From contig JAJYKY010000002.1 in NCBI GenBank assembly GCA_021788195.1, positions 1 to 45,421 of the forward strand: a DNA stretch of 45,421 nucleotides, written 5' to 3'. The notes under the pieces were generated by a model. It was given only the letters and a program-made list of their open reading frames with translations. It did not search any database and was not told the DNA's origin. Shown here piece after piece: positions 17,151-25,587 of this stretch (position 1 is the stretch's first letter; the number at the start of each line of letters is the position of its first letter). The stretch comes from a bacterium (GTDB taxonomy: Bacteria > Patescibacteriota > Microgenomatia > JAMCZE01). Both the position numbers and the translations under genes were made by a program.

Positions 17151-17834
17151 ATGCCCGGGTTTGGAAAGATTGCCGTTGCCCTTTTTCTTTTCCTTGTCTT
17201 CTTGAATCTTCTTGTTCTGGACTTCTTTGTTTTTAAAACCCGGAACGAGGTGGACAATTTGGACGCGAAACTGGGCAACCTGTCTTTGGATGTCCGGATG
17301 CTGGCCGATAAGGTGAACACGGCTCCTCTCTTACCGGCGCTTCCGGTGCCAACAACGTCCTTAGCGACTCCGTCCGTCGGGCTGACCCCGGCTGACCTTA
17401 ACCGGATTGCCGCCTTGGCTAGCCAGATGACGACCAACGCTCAGAACAATCAACCCGCCGCTCCTGCCCCGGCGGTCACCCGGGAATTCGTGATTCCCTT
17501 AGGTTCCGGGTCAACCTCCCAGACGAGCCAGTGGGTGGATATTGATACCGCCCAGGCGCAAATTAACAGCGCCAATTACTCCAATATCAAGGCGGCTTAT
17601 TTTGAAGTGGTCATGCATATTGCCGGAGCAACGGGAGAAGTAAAAGCCCGGCTTTTGGAAACGACAGTTCCTTTTTACTACGGCGAGGAATTAAAAACCC
17701 AGTCAACGACCGGGGAATTTTTATCGACTCCGATGATTCTTCAAGCGGGTAACCGGACCTACAAAGTTCGGCTTTATGTCCAAACCGGAACTGCTGTTTT
17801 GGATTCAGCCAGGATAAGAATAGTAACTCAGTAA
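17151..17834 (+). CDS. hypothetical N-terminally membrane-anchored protein with a beta-rich C-terminal domain
   Basis: TM segment IAVALFLFLVFLNLLVLDFFVF, a P/A/T linker, and no known motif. Confidence 0.55.
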   Translation: MPGFGKIAVALFLFLVFLNLLVLDFFVFKTRNEVDNLDAKLGNLSLDVRMLADKVNTAPLLPALPVPTTSLATPSVGLTPADLNRIAALASQMTTNAQNNQPAAPAPAVTREFVIPLGSGSTSQTSQWVDIDTAQAQINSANYSNIKAAYFEVVMHIAGATGEVKARLLETTVPFYYGEELKTQSTTGEFLSTPMILQAGNRTYKVRLYVQTGTAVLDSARIRIVTQ

Positions 17835-17835
17835 A

Positions 17836-18639
17836 TTGATGGTAAATGTCCGTAAAGCCACCGGCGAGCTGGAACCGTTTGACGAAAATAAACTGCGCTC
17901 TTCTGTTGGCCGGGCGGGGATTTCCAAAGAACTGCAGGATCAGGTGATCAGCCATATTAAAGCCAATCTCTACCCGGATGTTCCCAGCGCCGAAATTTAC
18001 CGCCAGATTCTGGATTATCTGGGCCGGTCCCGTTACCCGCATACCCGAAGCCGCTACACTTTAAAACAGGCGATTATTGAGTTGGGGCCGAGCGGCTACC
18101 CGTTTGAAAAATATGTCGCGGCCCTTTTACGCCATCAGGGATACGAAACAGAAACCGGGGTGGTGATGGCCGGTAAATGCGTGACTCACGAAATTGACGT
18201 GGTCGCCAAAAAAGACGGCCGGACAATTTTGGTCGAATGCAAATTTCATAACCAGTCGGGGATTCGCTCGGACGTTAAGATTCCGCTTTATGTTCAGGCC
18301 CGGTTTGAAGATCTGGGAAAAAGTTTTTCCGAAGTCTGGCTGGTGACCAACACCAAATGCACTTCCGACGCGATAAAATACGCCGAGTGCGCCGGGATGA
18401 AAATTGTCGCCTGGGGGTATCCGGAACGAGGCAATTTGCAAGACTGGATCGAGGACGCAAAATTATATCCGGTCACCAGTCTGTTTTCCTTAACGCCGGC
18501 GCAACGGACTTTGCTTTTGGAAAGAAATTTTGTTTTGTGCCAGGATTTGATTTCCAATATGGAAGCTTTAAAAATTCTTCACCTTAACAATCAGGAAGAG
18601 TCTGCCCTGAAAGATGAGGTAACCACGTTATGCCGATAA
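17836..18639 (+). CDS. ATP-cone domain fused to an Mrr-type PD-(D/E)xK restriction-endonuclease-like domain
   Basis: The N-terminus VRKATGELEPFDENKLRSSV...AEIYRQILDYL is ATP-cone-like. Nuclease core HEIDVVAKKDGRTILVECKFH. The likely start is the ATG at 17839. Confidence 0.7.
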   Translation: MMVNVRKATGELEPFDENKLRSSVGRAGISKELQDQVISHIKANLYPDVPSAEIYRQILDYLGRSRYPHTRSRYTLKQAIIELGPSGYPFEKYVAALLRHQGYETETGVVMAGKCVTHEIDVVAKKDGRTILVECKFHNQSGIRSDVKIPLYVQARFEDLGKSFSEVWLVTNTKCTSDAIKYAECAGMKIVAWGYPERGNLQDWIEDAKLYPVTSLFSLTPAQRTLLLERNFVLCQDLISNMEALKILHLNNQEESALKDEVTTLCR

Positions 18640-19352
18640 TTTTTGCCGCTTTAACTTTTTTCTCGACGCTTTTAGGGGGTTTAGTGGCCCTGCGGTACAA
18701 AGACAAACTGCATCTGATTTTGGGCTTTACGGCCGGAGTATTGCTCTCCGTCGTGGCGTTTGATATTTTTCCGGAAATAATTATCTTGGTGGGCCGGGAA
18801 AAGTTTGACCCGGTTTTCCCGATGCTTTTCTTGGTCGGCGGGTTTTTAGTGTTTCATATTTTGGAAAAGGGGATTTTAATTCACCACTCCCATGAAGAAG
18901 AATACGTCGCCCATAAACACCCGACCGTCGGTTTGCTTTCGGCCCTGTCGCTTTCGGCCCATTCGTTTCTGGACGGTTTGGGAATCGGTTTAAGTTTTCA
19001 GGTTTCGCCGGTTTTGGGAACCTTGGTGGCCGTCGCCGTTGTTTCTCATGATTTTTCCGACGGATTAAACACGGTTACTTTAATGCTTCTGCACAAAAAT
19101 ACTTTGCGGCGGTCGGTGTGTTTATTACTGCTGGACGCTCTGGCCCCGATTTTAGGGGTTCTTGCGGCCTACGGTTTTTCCCTGTCGCCGATTTTAATTT
19201 TGGCCTACCTTGGCTTTTTCGCCGGATTTTTACTGTACATCGGGGCGGCGGATATTTTGCCCGAAGCTCATAGCCAGCACTCTTCCTGGAAAACGGTTTT
19301 GGCCACCGTCCTCGGGACGGTTTTTATTTTCCTCGTCAGCCGGATGATGTAA
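18630..19352 (+). CDS. ZIP family metal (Zn/Fe) transporter
   Basis: His-rich loop HHSHEEEYVAHKH, and SHDFSDGL and HSFLDGLGIG TM motifs. Confidence 0.85.
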   Translation: MPIIFAALTFFSTLLGGLVALRYKDKLHLILGFTAGVLLSVVAFDIFPEIIILVGREKFDPVFPMLFLVGGFLVFHILEKGILIHHSHEEEYVAHKHPTVGLLSALSLSAHSFLDGLGIGLSFQVSPVLGTLVAVAVVSHDFSDGLNTVTLMLLHKNTLRRSVCLLLLDALAPILGVLAAYGFSLSPILILAYLGFFAGFLLYIGAADILPEAHSQHSSWKTVLATVLGTVFIFLVSRMM

Positions 19353-19370
19353 TTCTGTTAAAATAGCGCT

Positions 19371-19643
19371 GTGGCGGAAAGATTAATTCACGGCCGGCCT
19401 TATTCTTTTTGGCGCGAGCTGGGGATGGATCCCGGGAGCCGCTGGTTTGGCACACCAAAAGACCGGACTAAAAACTGTGCGGCTTGCGAATTGAAAATAA
19501 CAGTGGACGGGCGGGAGTGGTGCGCTTTCGGAGCCGGAAAAACTTTGGAAACCCGGACCGGGGCTAAAAGATGTGTCCTTCTTGACAAACAAACCGGCAA
19601 ACCCTCTATCTTCTGGCCCAACTGGGTCTGGAAGGAAGAATAA
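19371..19643 (+). CDS. hypothetical 90-aa Cys/Trp-containing protein
   Basis: GTG start 6 nt after the extended -10 TGtTAAAAT. A CAAC...C...C pattern. No homology recognised. Confidence 0.35.
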   Translation: MAERLIHGRPYSFWRELGMDPGSRWFGTPKDRTKNCAACELKITVDGREWCAFGAGKTLETRTGAKRCVLLDKQTGKPSIFWPNWVWKEE

Positions 19644-19742
19644 ACTCCAAACTTGCCCTGCTGAATTTTCCGCGGTAGTCTGAAAGAAATGGGAAAAGAA
19701 GAGGAGAAAGAGACGGAGAGAGAATGGCAAAGATGTCCCCAC

Positions 19743-20246
19743 TTATTTCTTTCTGATCCCTTTCCAGAAGTAGATAATTCCTAACACCAGGAAGGCGATT
19801 AAAGCTGTCCAAGTGATTGCTCCTAAAATTCCCCAGCCGCCCATCATCGATCCGTAGGCACCGTAACCAAAACCCATCATTGGCCAAACACCTCCGATCA
19901 TCGGGGAAAAACCATTACCGTTTTGCGAAATTGCGGCGTTGGGGTTGCAGCCGCTGAATCGTTCGCCCATGGCAATATGCATCTGCTTCTCACCGTTTTT
20001 CCCAAACCGCTGGATCATCGCCTGATCCATAATCTCATGCGCCGATCCCGTCATCTGGCCCATAAAGTAGTCTCCTAATTTATCGAAGTCGTCCGTCGTC
20101 AATTTATCGCAGGTTACCTGTTTATTTTGCAACTGCTGCCAGATTTGCTGTCCGGCTTGCTCATCCTGGTTATTATCAAAAAAACCTTCCATCACCCCGC
20201 CCATATTAAACGCCAATACCGGCCGGGTAATAGTGAAGACAATCAA
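19743..20246 (-). CDS. Met/Gly-rich C-terminally anchored protein, putative envelope copper-binding protein (5' end frame-broken)
   Basis: MGQMTGSAHEIMDQAM..., GGVWPMMGFGYGAYGSMMGGWG followed by a TM segment. Next to copA. An upstream ATG at 20272 is out of frame (see findings). Confidence 0.6.
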   Translation of the reverse strand: MIVFTITRPVLAFNMGGVMEGFFDNNQDEQAGQQIWQQLQNKQVTCDKLTTDDFDKLGDYFMGQMTGSAHEIMDQAMIQRFGKNGEKQMHIAMGERFSGCNPNAAISQNGNGFSPMIGGVWPMMGFGYGAYGSMMGGWGILGAITWTALIAFLVLGIIYFWKGIRKK

Positions 20247-20331
20247 AAAAAGAGGGAGGCGAGCAGTTTCATTGCCGGTATTATAACCCTCCGGAGATTA
20301 AAAAAAACATTAAGATCTGGGGCAATTTTTG

Positions 20332-22536
20332 TTACTTCATCCCCGCGCTAAAGCGGGCAAATTGGATAAAAAGAAGAGTGAAGGCCAGAACCATAATAAG
20401 CGGGGCAAAATCCGAGAGGTAATTTTTCTTCCCCGGCTGGTAGCGGCGAAGCAGGAGAGAATTGCCAACCACCGACACCGAACTTAAGGCCATGGCCAAT
20501 CCCGCCAACTCCGGCTTTAAAATTAATCCGGCAAACATAAAAACCCGGGCAGCAATCGGAATGCCAATTGTGTTGTAAAAAAGTGCGAAAAACATATTCT
20601 GTTTGATTTTGCTCAGAGTGGACTTAGACAGGTCAAAAGCGTTGGCCACATCCCGCAGGTCATTTCTAATAATCACAATTCCGCCGGTTTCCATCGCCAC
20701 ATCCGTTCCGCTACCCATGGCAATGCCTAAATCCGCCTGAGCCAGGGCCGGGGCGTCGTTAATCCCGTCGCCGACCATCGCCACGAACGAATTTTTAATT
20801 TTCAATTTTAAATTTTTAATGGCCTCGGCCTTGCCTTCGGGTAAAACATTAGCCATGACATTGGTGATACCAACCTGGGACGCAATAGCCTGCGCGGTGC
20901 GTTCGTTGTCGCCGGTAATCATCCAGGTCTGAATGCCCATTTTTTGGAGTTTTTCGATCGCCTCCGGGGAAGTGTCTTTAACCGTATCGGCTACGGCGAT
21001 TAAGCCCAGAGTCTTTTTGCCGGAGAGAAGAGCCATTACGGTTTTTCCCTGGACCTGCAGTTTTTCTACCTCGGCCGTTTTATCCGGCTTGCCGAAAAAA
21101 TATTTGGTTTCGCCGATGGTCCCTTCGACACCCCGGCCGGGGAGGGCGTGGAAATATTTGACAGGCTGCAGGGTCAGACCCTGACTTTGGGCGTGCTTGT
21201 AAATGGCTTCGGCCAACGGGTGTTCGGATAATTTTTCCAAACTGGCGGCAATCTGTAAAACTTCGTTTCCGCCGAAAACCTCGGTTACGACCGGTTTGCC
21301 ATTGGTAATGGTGCCGGTTTTGTCGAAAACGATGGTGTTAATTTTTCCGGCAATTTCCAGAGGTTCTCCGCCCTTAACTAAAATCCCGTGTTGGGCACCC
21401 ATGCCGGTGCCGACCATAATGGCTGTCGGGGTGGCTAAACCCAAAGCACAGGGGCAAGCGATAACAATCACCGCCGTAAAGGCCATCAGGGCAAAAGACA
21501 AAGGCTGTCCTAAGAAAAAGAACCAGGCAATAAAAGTGATCACGGCCGCGGTGATAACTGCCGGGACAAAGACCGCGGAAATCCGGTCGGCAAAAGCCTG
21601 GATCGGGGCTTTGGACCCCTGGGCTTCCTCCACTAATTTGATGATTTGGGACAACATGGTTTGGGAGCCGACTTTCGTCGCTTTGAAATCAAAACTGCCG
21701 GTTTTATTCATAGTCGCGCCGATAACGGTATCGCCGGCGTGTTTCTCGACGGGTAAACTTTCGCCGGTGACCATCGACTCGTCAATGCCGGAAGAGCCTT
21801 TGGTGATAACCCCGTCCACGGGAATCTTTTCTCCGGGGCGGACAAGAATAATGTCGCCGACGGCAACCTCTTCGATGGGAATATCGACGGTTTCTTTGCC
21901 CCTAATGACTCGGGCGGTTTTGGCCTGCAGGCCCACGAGTTTCTTAATCGCGTCCGAGGTCCGGCCCTTAGCCTTGGCTTCCAAATATTTTCCCAGAATA
22001 ACGAATGTAATTAAGAAGGCGGAAGTTTCAAAATAAAGATCTCCATGGCCCAGAGTTAAATTAATCAGACTGTAAAAGTAGGCGACAGAAGTGCCAATAG
22101 CTACCAGGCTGTCCATATTAAAAGTCTTCATCCGTAATGCTGACCAGGCGCTTTGGTAAAAAGATGCGCCAATGATAAATTGAATCGGCGTGGCCAAAAC
22201 CAGGGAAAAATATTCAGAATATGGCAGCCTCCAAAACATAAAAACCAGAAGCGGCAAGGACAAAATAAAGGAAGCCGAAAACCTTTTTTCTAAAAGAGAT
22301 ATTTCTTCTTCGTGACGGTGGTAGTTCTCTTCGGTTGAAGCCCTGTACCCGGCTTTTTCAACAGCGGCGATTAAATCGGAAGTTTTTACTACCTGCGGGT
22401 CAAAAGTGACTAATGCTTTCTCGGAGGCAAAGTTGACGTTGACTTTTTTGACACCAGGAGTTTTGGACAGAGATTTTTCGATCAGCAAAGCGCAGGAGGA
22501 ACAGTGCATGCCGGAAAGGGCAAGCTTGGTTTCCAT
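20332..22536 (-). CDS. copA: copper-translocating P1B-type ATPase
   Basis: [11 protein letters not shown], the CPC motif ([11 protein letters not shown]), DKTGT, and GDGINDAP. Confidence 0.96.
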   Translation of the reverse strand: METKLALSGMHCSSCALLIEKSLSKTPGVKKVNVNFASEKALVTFDPQVVKTSDLIAAVEKAGYRASTEENYHRHEEEISLLEKRFSASFILSLPLLVFMFWRLPYSEYFSLVLATPIQFIIGASFYQSAWSALRMKTFNMDSLVAIGTSVAYFYSLINLTLGHGDLYFETSAFLITFVILGKYLEAKAKGRTSDAIKKLVGLQAKTARVIRGKETVDIPIEEVAVGDIILVRPGEKIPVDGVITKGSSGIDESMVTGESLPVEKHAGDTVIGATMNKTGSFDFKATKVGSQTMLSQIIKLVEEAQGSKAPIQAFADRISAVFVPAVITAAVITFIAWFFFLGQPLSFALMAFTAVIVIACPCALGLATPTAIMVGTGMGAQHGILVKGGEPLEIAGKINTIVFDKTGTITNGKPVVTEVFGGNEVLQIAASLEKLSEHPLAEAIYKHAQSQGLTLQPVKYFHALPGRGVEGTIGETKYFFGKPDKTAEVEKLQVQGKTVMALLSGKKTLGLIAVADTVKDTSPEAIEKLQKMGIQTWMITGDNERTAQAIASQVGITNVMANVLPEGKAEAIKNLKLKIKNSFVAMVGDGINDAPALAQADLGIAMGSGTDVAMETGGIVIIRNDLRDVANAFDLSKSTLSKIKQNMFFALFYNTIGIPIAARVFMFAGLILKPELAGLAMALSSVSVVGNSLLLRRYQPGKKNYLSDFAPLIMVLAFTLLFIQFARFSAGMK

Positions 22537-22815
22537 TTATTTTTTTGCAATAACTTTCATAACTTCATCTATGACTTCCCGGTCCCGGCCTTTTTTAATC
22601 GCGTCAGCGACGCAGGTTTCCAGGTGGTTTTTTAGGATTGTTTGATCTGCTTGCTTTAAAGCTGCCTGGACCGAAAGAGATTGGTGAATAACATCAATGC
22701 AATAAGCGTCCCTTTCGAGCATGGTGATAATCTTATCCAGTTGCCCCCGGGCAATTTTTAAACGGTGCACGATTCGGTGTTGAACGGATTTATCACGCGG
22801 GATTCCTTTCGGCAT
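22537..22815 (-). CDS. csoR: CsoR-family copper-sensing repressor
   Basis: RLKIARGQLDKII, and C-H-C ligand pattern AYCIDVIHQ...LETC. Directly abuts copA. Confidence 0.9.
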   Translation of the reverse strand: MPKGIPRDKSVQHRIVHRLKIARGQLDKIITMLERDAYCIDVIHQSLSVQAALKQADQTILKNHLETCVADAIKKGRDREVIDEVMKVIAKK

Positions 22816-22818
22816 ATT

Positions 22819-22840
22819 TTATACCCCATGGGGGGATATA
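22819..22840. promoter_or_regulatory. CsoR-type operator TTATACCCCATGGGGGGATATA
   Basis: G/C tract flanked by AT inverted arms, like TACCC-N-GGGTA CsoR boxes. Lies between the -10 and the csoR ATG. Confidence 0.65.
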
Positions 22841-22845
22841 ACAAA

Positions 22846-22873
22846 TTTATAACAATCTCTGTAGACTTGTCAA
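22846..22873 (-). promoter_or_regulatory. sigma70-like promoter TTGACA-16 nt-TATAAA driving csoR-copA
   Basis: Minus-strand reading gtcTTGACAagtctacagagattgtTATAAAtttg. Confidence 0.6.
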
Positions 22874-22886
22874 GACTCGTTTCGGG

Positions 22887-23930
22887 ATGTTAGGATTGAC
22901 CACAACGATGCCGAATTTTTGGCTTATCTTTACGACAGGGCTTTTAACCGGCGGATTGACGTGTCTTGCCGTTCAAGGGGGACTACTGGCTACTTTAATC
23001 GGCCAGAAATCGGCGGCTTCTCAAAGTAAAAACCAAAATGCGACACCGATATTTTTGTTTTTGGCCGCAAAACTTTTTGCCTATACAATATTAGGGTTTT
23101 TTCTCGGCTGGCTGGGCTCCTTTTTCCAGTTTTCTTTGGCCTTCAGGGCAGTTTTGACTGCGGCGGTAGCCGTATTTATGCTGGGGACCGCTTTAGCCCT
23201 GCTCGATGTTCACCCGATTTTCCGCTACTTTATTATCCAGCCGCCGAAATTTTTAACCCGGATAGTCCGTGACCAATCAAAATCAAAGAGCATTTTTGGC
23301 CCGGTAATTTTGGGAGCGATGACCATTTTTGTGCCCTGCGGAACCACCCAGGCGATGATGGCCTTAGCTATGGGCACAGGCAGCGCCGCGCTGGGAGCCG
23401 TTATTATGTTTGCCTTCATTTTAGGAACCACGCCGTTGTTTTTTATTCTGGGGTATGGGGCCAGCCGGTTAGGCACTGTTTTTCAAAAGCCGTTCCGGAC
23501 AGTAACGGCAGCGGTCATTGTCCTGATTTCCGTTTACAGTCTTAACAGCGCTCTGATTATGTCCGGGAGCAGTTGGTCGTTAGACGGGTTAGCCGGTGAA
23601 GCTTATTGCGCCATCTCTTTTTGCCACCAGGCAACGGTAGCCGGGGCTCAAACCGAAGCTCCGAACAACGAAGTGACAGTGAACATTACCGCTTCGGGCT
23701 ATTCTACCGACCACGAGGCGATTGCGGCAGGAAAATTGGTTACCATGCATCTGATCAACACCGACGGCCGCGGTTGCCAGCAGTCTTTTATGATTCCGAA
23801 ACTCGGGATTTCCCGGATTGTCCGGCCGGGCCAGTCGGCTACGATCCAGTTTACTGCTCCGGATCAACCCGGCGAGTTAACTTTTAACTGTAGTATGGGG
23901 ATGTTTCGCGGCAGTTTGAGAGTGATATGA
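22887..23930 (+). CDS. DsbD_2/TauE-like membrane domain fused to a C-terminal cupredoxin-like domain
   Basis: Membrane Cys motifs GGLTCLAVQGG and IFVPCGTTQAM. C-terminal LTFNCSMGMFRGSLRVI (cupredoxin-like). Divergent from csoR. Confidence 0.6.
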   Translation: MLGLTTTMPNFWLIFTTGLLTGGLTCLAVQGGLLATLIGQKSAASQSKNQNATPIFLFLAAKLFAYTILGFFLGWLGSFFQFSLAFRAVLTAAVAVFMLGTALALLDVHPIFRYFIIQPPKFLTRIVRDQSKSKSIFGPVILGAMTIFVPCGTTQAMMALAMGTGSAALGAVIMFAFILGTTPLFFILGYGASRLGTVFQKPFRTVTAAVIVLISVYSLNSALIMSGSSWSLDGLAGEAYCAISFCHQATVAGAQTEAPNNEVTVNITASGYSTDHEAIAAGKLVTMHLINTDGRGCQQSFMIPKLGISRIVRPGQSATIQFTAPDQPGELTFNCSMGMFRGSLRVI

Positions 23931-24130
23931 CCAAAAAAACTTTTAAAATCAAAGGCATGCACTGTTCCTCCTGCGCCATGCTGATCGAAGGCGATTTGGA
24001 GGATAAAGGAGTTAAAGCTAACTGCAGTTACGCCAAACAAAATCTGGATGTCGAGTTTGACCCGAAAAAAATTTCCGAAGAAGAAATTAGAAAAACCGTT
24101 AAAGACTCCGGTTACGAAGTGACTGAGTAA
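23927..24130 (+). CDS. copZ: HMA-domain copper chaperone
   Basis: [23 protein letters not shown] overlap with the upstream gene. Confidence 0.88.
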   Translation: MTKKTFKIKGMHCSSCAMLIEGDLEDKGVKANCSYAKQNLDVEFDPKKISEEEIRKTVKDSGYEVTE

Positions 24131-25532
24131 AAATTTTCCGGTCCACTTTTTTTATTTTGATCTTCCGATTTTTGGCCGAAAGAAACCGATAGAGAATCTT
24201 GTAGGTGTCCAGATCAAACCGCCCAGTCCCTTTGACAAAATCAGGGCCGTCATCGGGGTTATTTATGGTGCCGAGGTAGCACCATTGGTCAACTAAATGC
24301 CATTCTTTTTTATCACTGTCCCGGTCGTGTTCTTCAATTAGAATGGCGCTGTCAAACGGCCAGCGATGGAGTTTATTGGCAGCGAAAGCCAGGGCAAACC
24401 GGGCATTGTAGGCGGCCGGTTTTTCTTTTTTCAAACAGGCGCCACGGCATTTTTCCAATTGATAGCCAAAGCAGGAACCGGCGGATTTTTCCAGTCCTAA
24501 AAGTTTTTTGCAGAGATTATTTTTTTCGGCAATCTCGGAAAGGGAGTTTTTGGCTTGCTTTCGGGATTTGTAAACCCCTAAAATTTCTTCGGCTTTCAGG
24601 TTGTCAATAGAACTGACTTCTTCCATGACAGGCGCTTCGTACCCGTCGCCGGTTTGGTTTTGTCTTAAAACAACCAGCCTTCGGGCCTCTCTTAAAACCC
24701 GGTTGTAAAGCGGTTGCAGGACTTTTACCGTTTTGGCTTCTAAAAGAAGCGCGCCCAATTCGCCGCAGGTGGTGACTGTTTCGATGCTTTCCACCTGCTG
24801 GGCAATTTTCATTTCTTTGGAAGAAGCGTGATCTCCGGAAAAATGGGACAAAATTCGGTCGCGAAGGCAAACGCTTTTGCCGACATAAAGCGGGACGCCC
24901 CTTTCGCCGTAAAAAATATATACGCCGGGACATTCGGGGAGATTGTCCAGAATTTTCGGCGGAACTTTAATCGGGGCGGAGGGGTTTTTTAAAAGATGAT
25001 TGACGGCCTTTTCGACAGTTTCGGCCGGGAATTGTTTTCGGACCAGGCAGTAAAAATCGAAGATAGCTTTGGTGTCGTCCATGGCCCGGTGGCGCTGCGG
25101 GCATTTGAGATGATGCCGGGAAATTAAACTGTCAAGATTGTGCCGTTTGTAGCGGGGAAAAAGTTTGCGCGAGAGCTTGACGGTGCATAAATTTTTGGCG
25201 GAAAAAGTAATTTCTTCCTGTCGGAACTGGTTTTTGATAAAGCCGTAATCGAACCGGACATTGTGAGCGGCAAAAACACAGCCGTCAAGAATTTTTAACA
25301 AATCCTGTTTTATCTCTCTAAATGTCGGTGCGTTTTCTAGATCGGCAGCGTTGATACCGGTCAGTCTGGTGATCTCCGGCGGAAGATAACTTTCGGGATT
25401 AATAAGGGTCCGGAATTTTTGGACAATTTTGTTGTTTTCGGTCCGGATCACGGCAATTTCGATAATCCGGTCGCGGGTTAGGGAAGTCCCCGTAGTCTCA
25501 ATATCGACGAAAGCAATTTTTACAGGCAGCAT
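24099..25532 (-). CDS. DEDDh 3'-5' exonuclease (DnaQ-like) fused to a GIY-YIG nuclease domain (Cho/UvrC-N-like)
   Basis: FVDIETTG, AHNVRFDYGF and HRAMDD. Then PGVYIFYGERGVPLYVGKS...RILSHF. Confidence 0.85.
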   Translation of the reverse strand: MLPVKIAFVDIETTGTSLTRDRIIEIAVIRTENNKIVQKFRTLINPESYLPPEITRLTGINAADLENAPTFREIKQDLLKILDGCVFAAHNVRFDYGFIKNQFRQEEITFSAKNLCTVKLSRKLFPRYKRHNLDSLISRHHLKCPQRHRAMDDTKAIFDFYCLVRKQFPAETVEKAVNHLLKNPSAPIKVPPKILDNLPECPGVYIFYGERGVPLYVGKSVCLRDRILSHFSGDHASSKEMKIAQQVESIETVTTCGELGALLLEAKTVKVLQPLYNRVLREARRLVVLRQNQTGDGYEAPVMEEVSSIDNLKAEEILGVYKSRKQAKNSLSEIAEKNNLCKKLLGLEKSAGSCFGYQLEKCRGACLKKEKPAAYNARFALAFAANKLHRWPFDSAILIEEHDRDSDKKEWHLVDQWCYLGTINNPDDGPDFVKGTGRFDLDTYKILYRFLSAKNRKIKIKKVDRKIFTQSLRNRSL

Positions 25533-25587
25533 GGTGAAACGAGCGAATTATACAATATACAGTTTGTGTTAGGATAAATTAAATATT

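Noticed and set aside
21203-22036. A 277-aa plus-strand ORF inside copA, and similar long antisense ORFs at 40276..41073, 36101..36637, 10263..10799 and 4467..4934.
   Set aside because: They lie antisense to or overlapping genes with unambiguous conserved motifs. Their compositions are low-complexity and no motifs are present. They are typical shadow ORFs.
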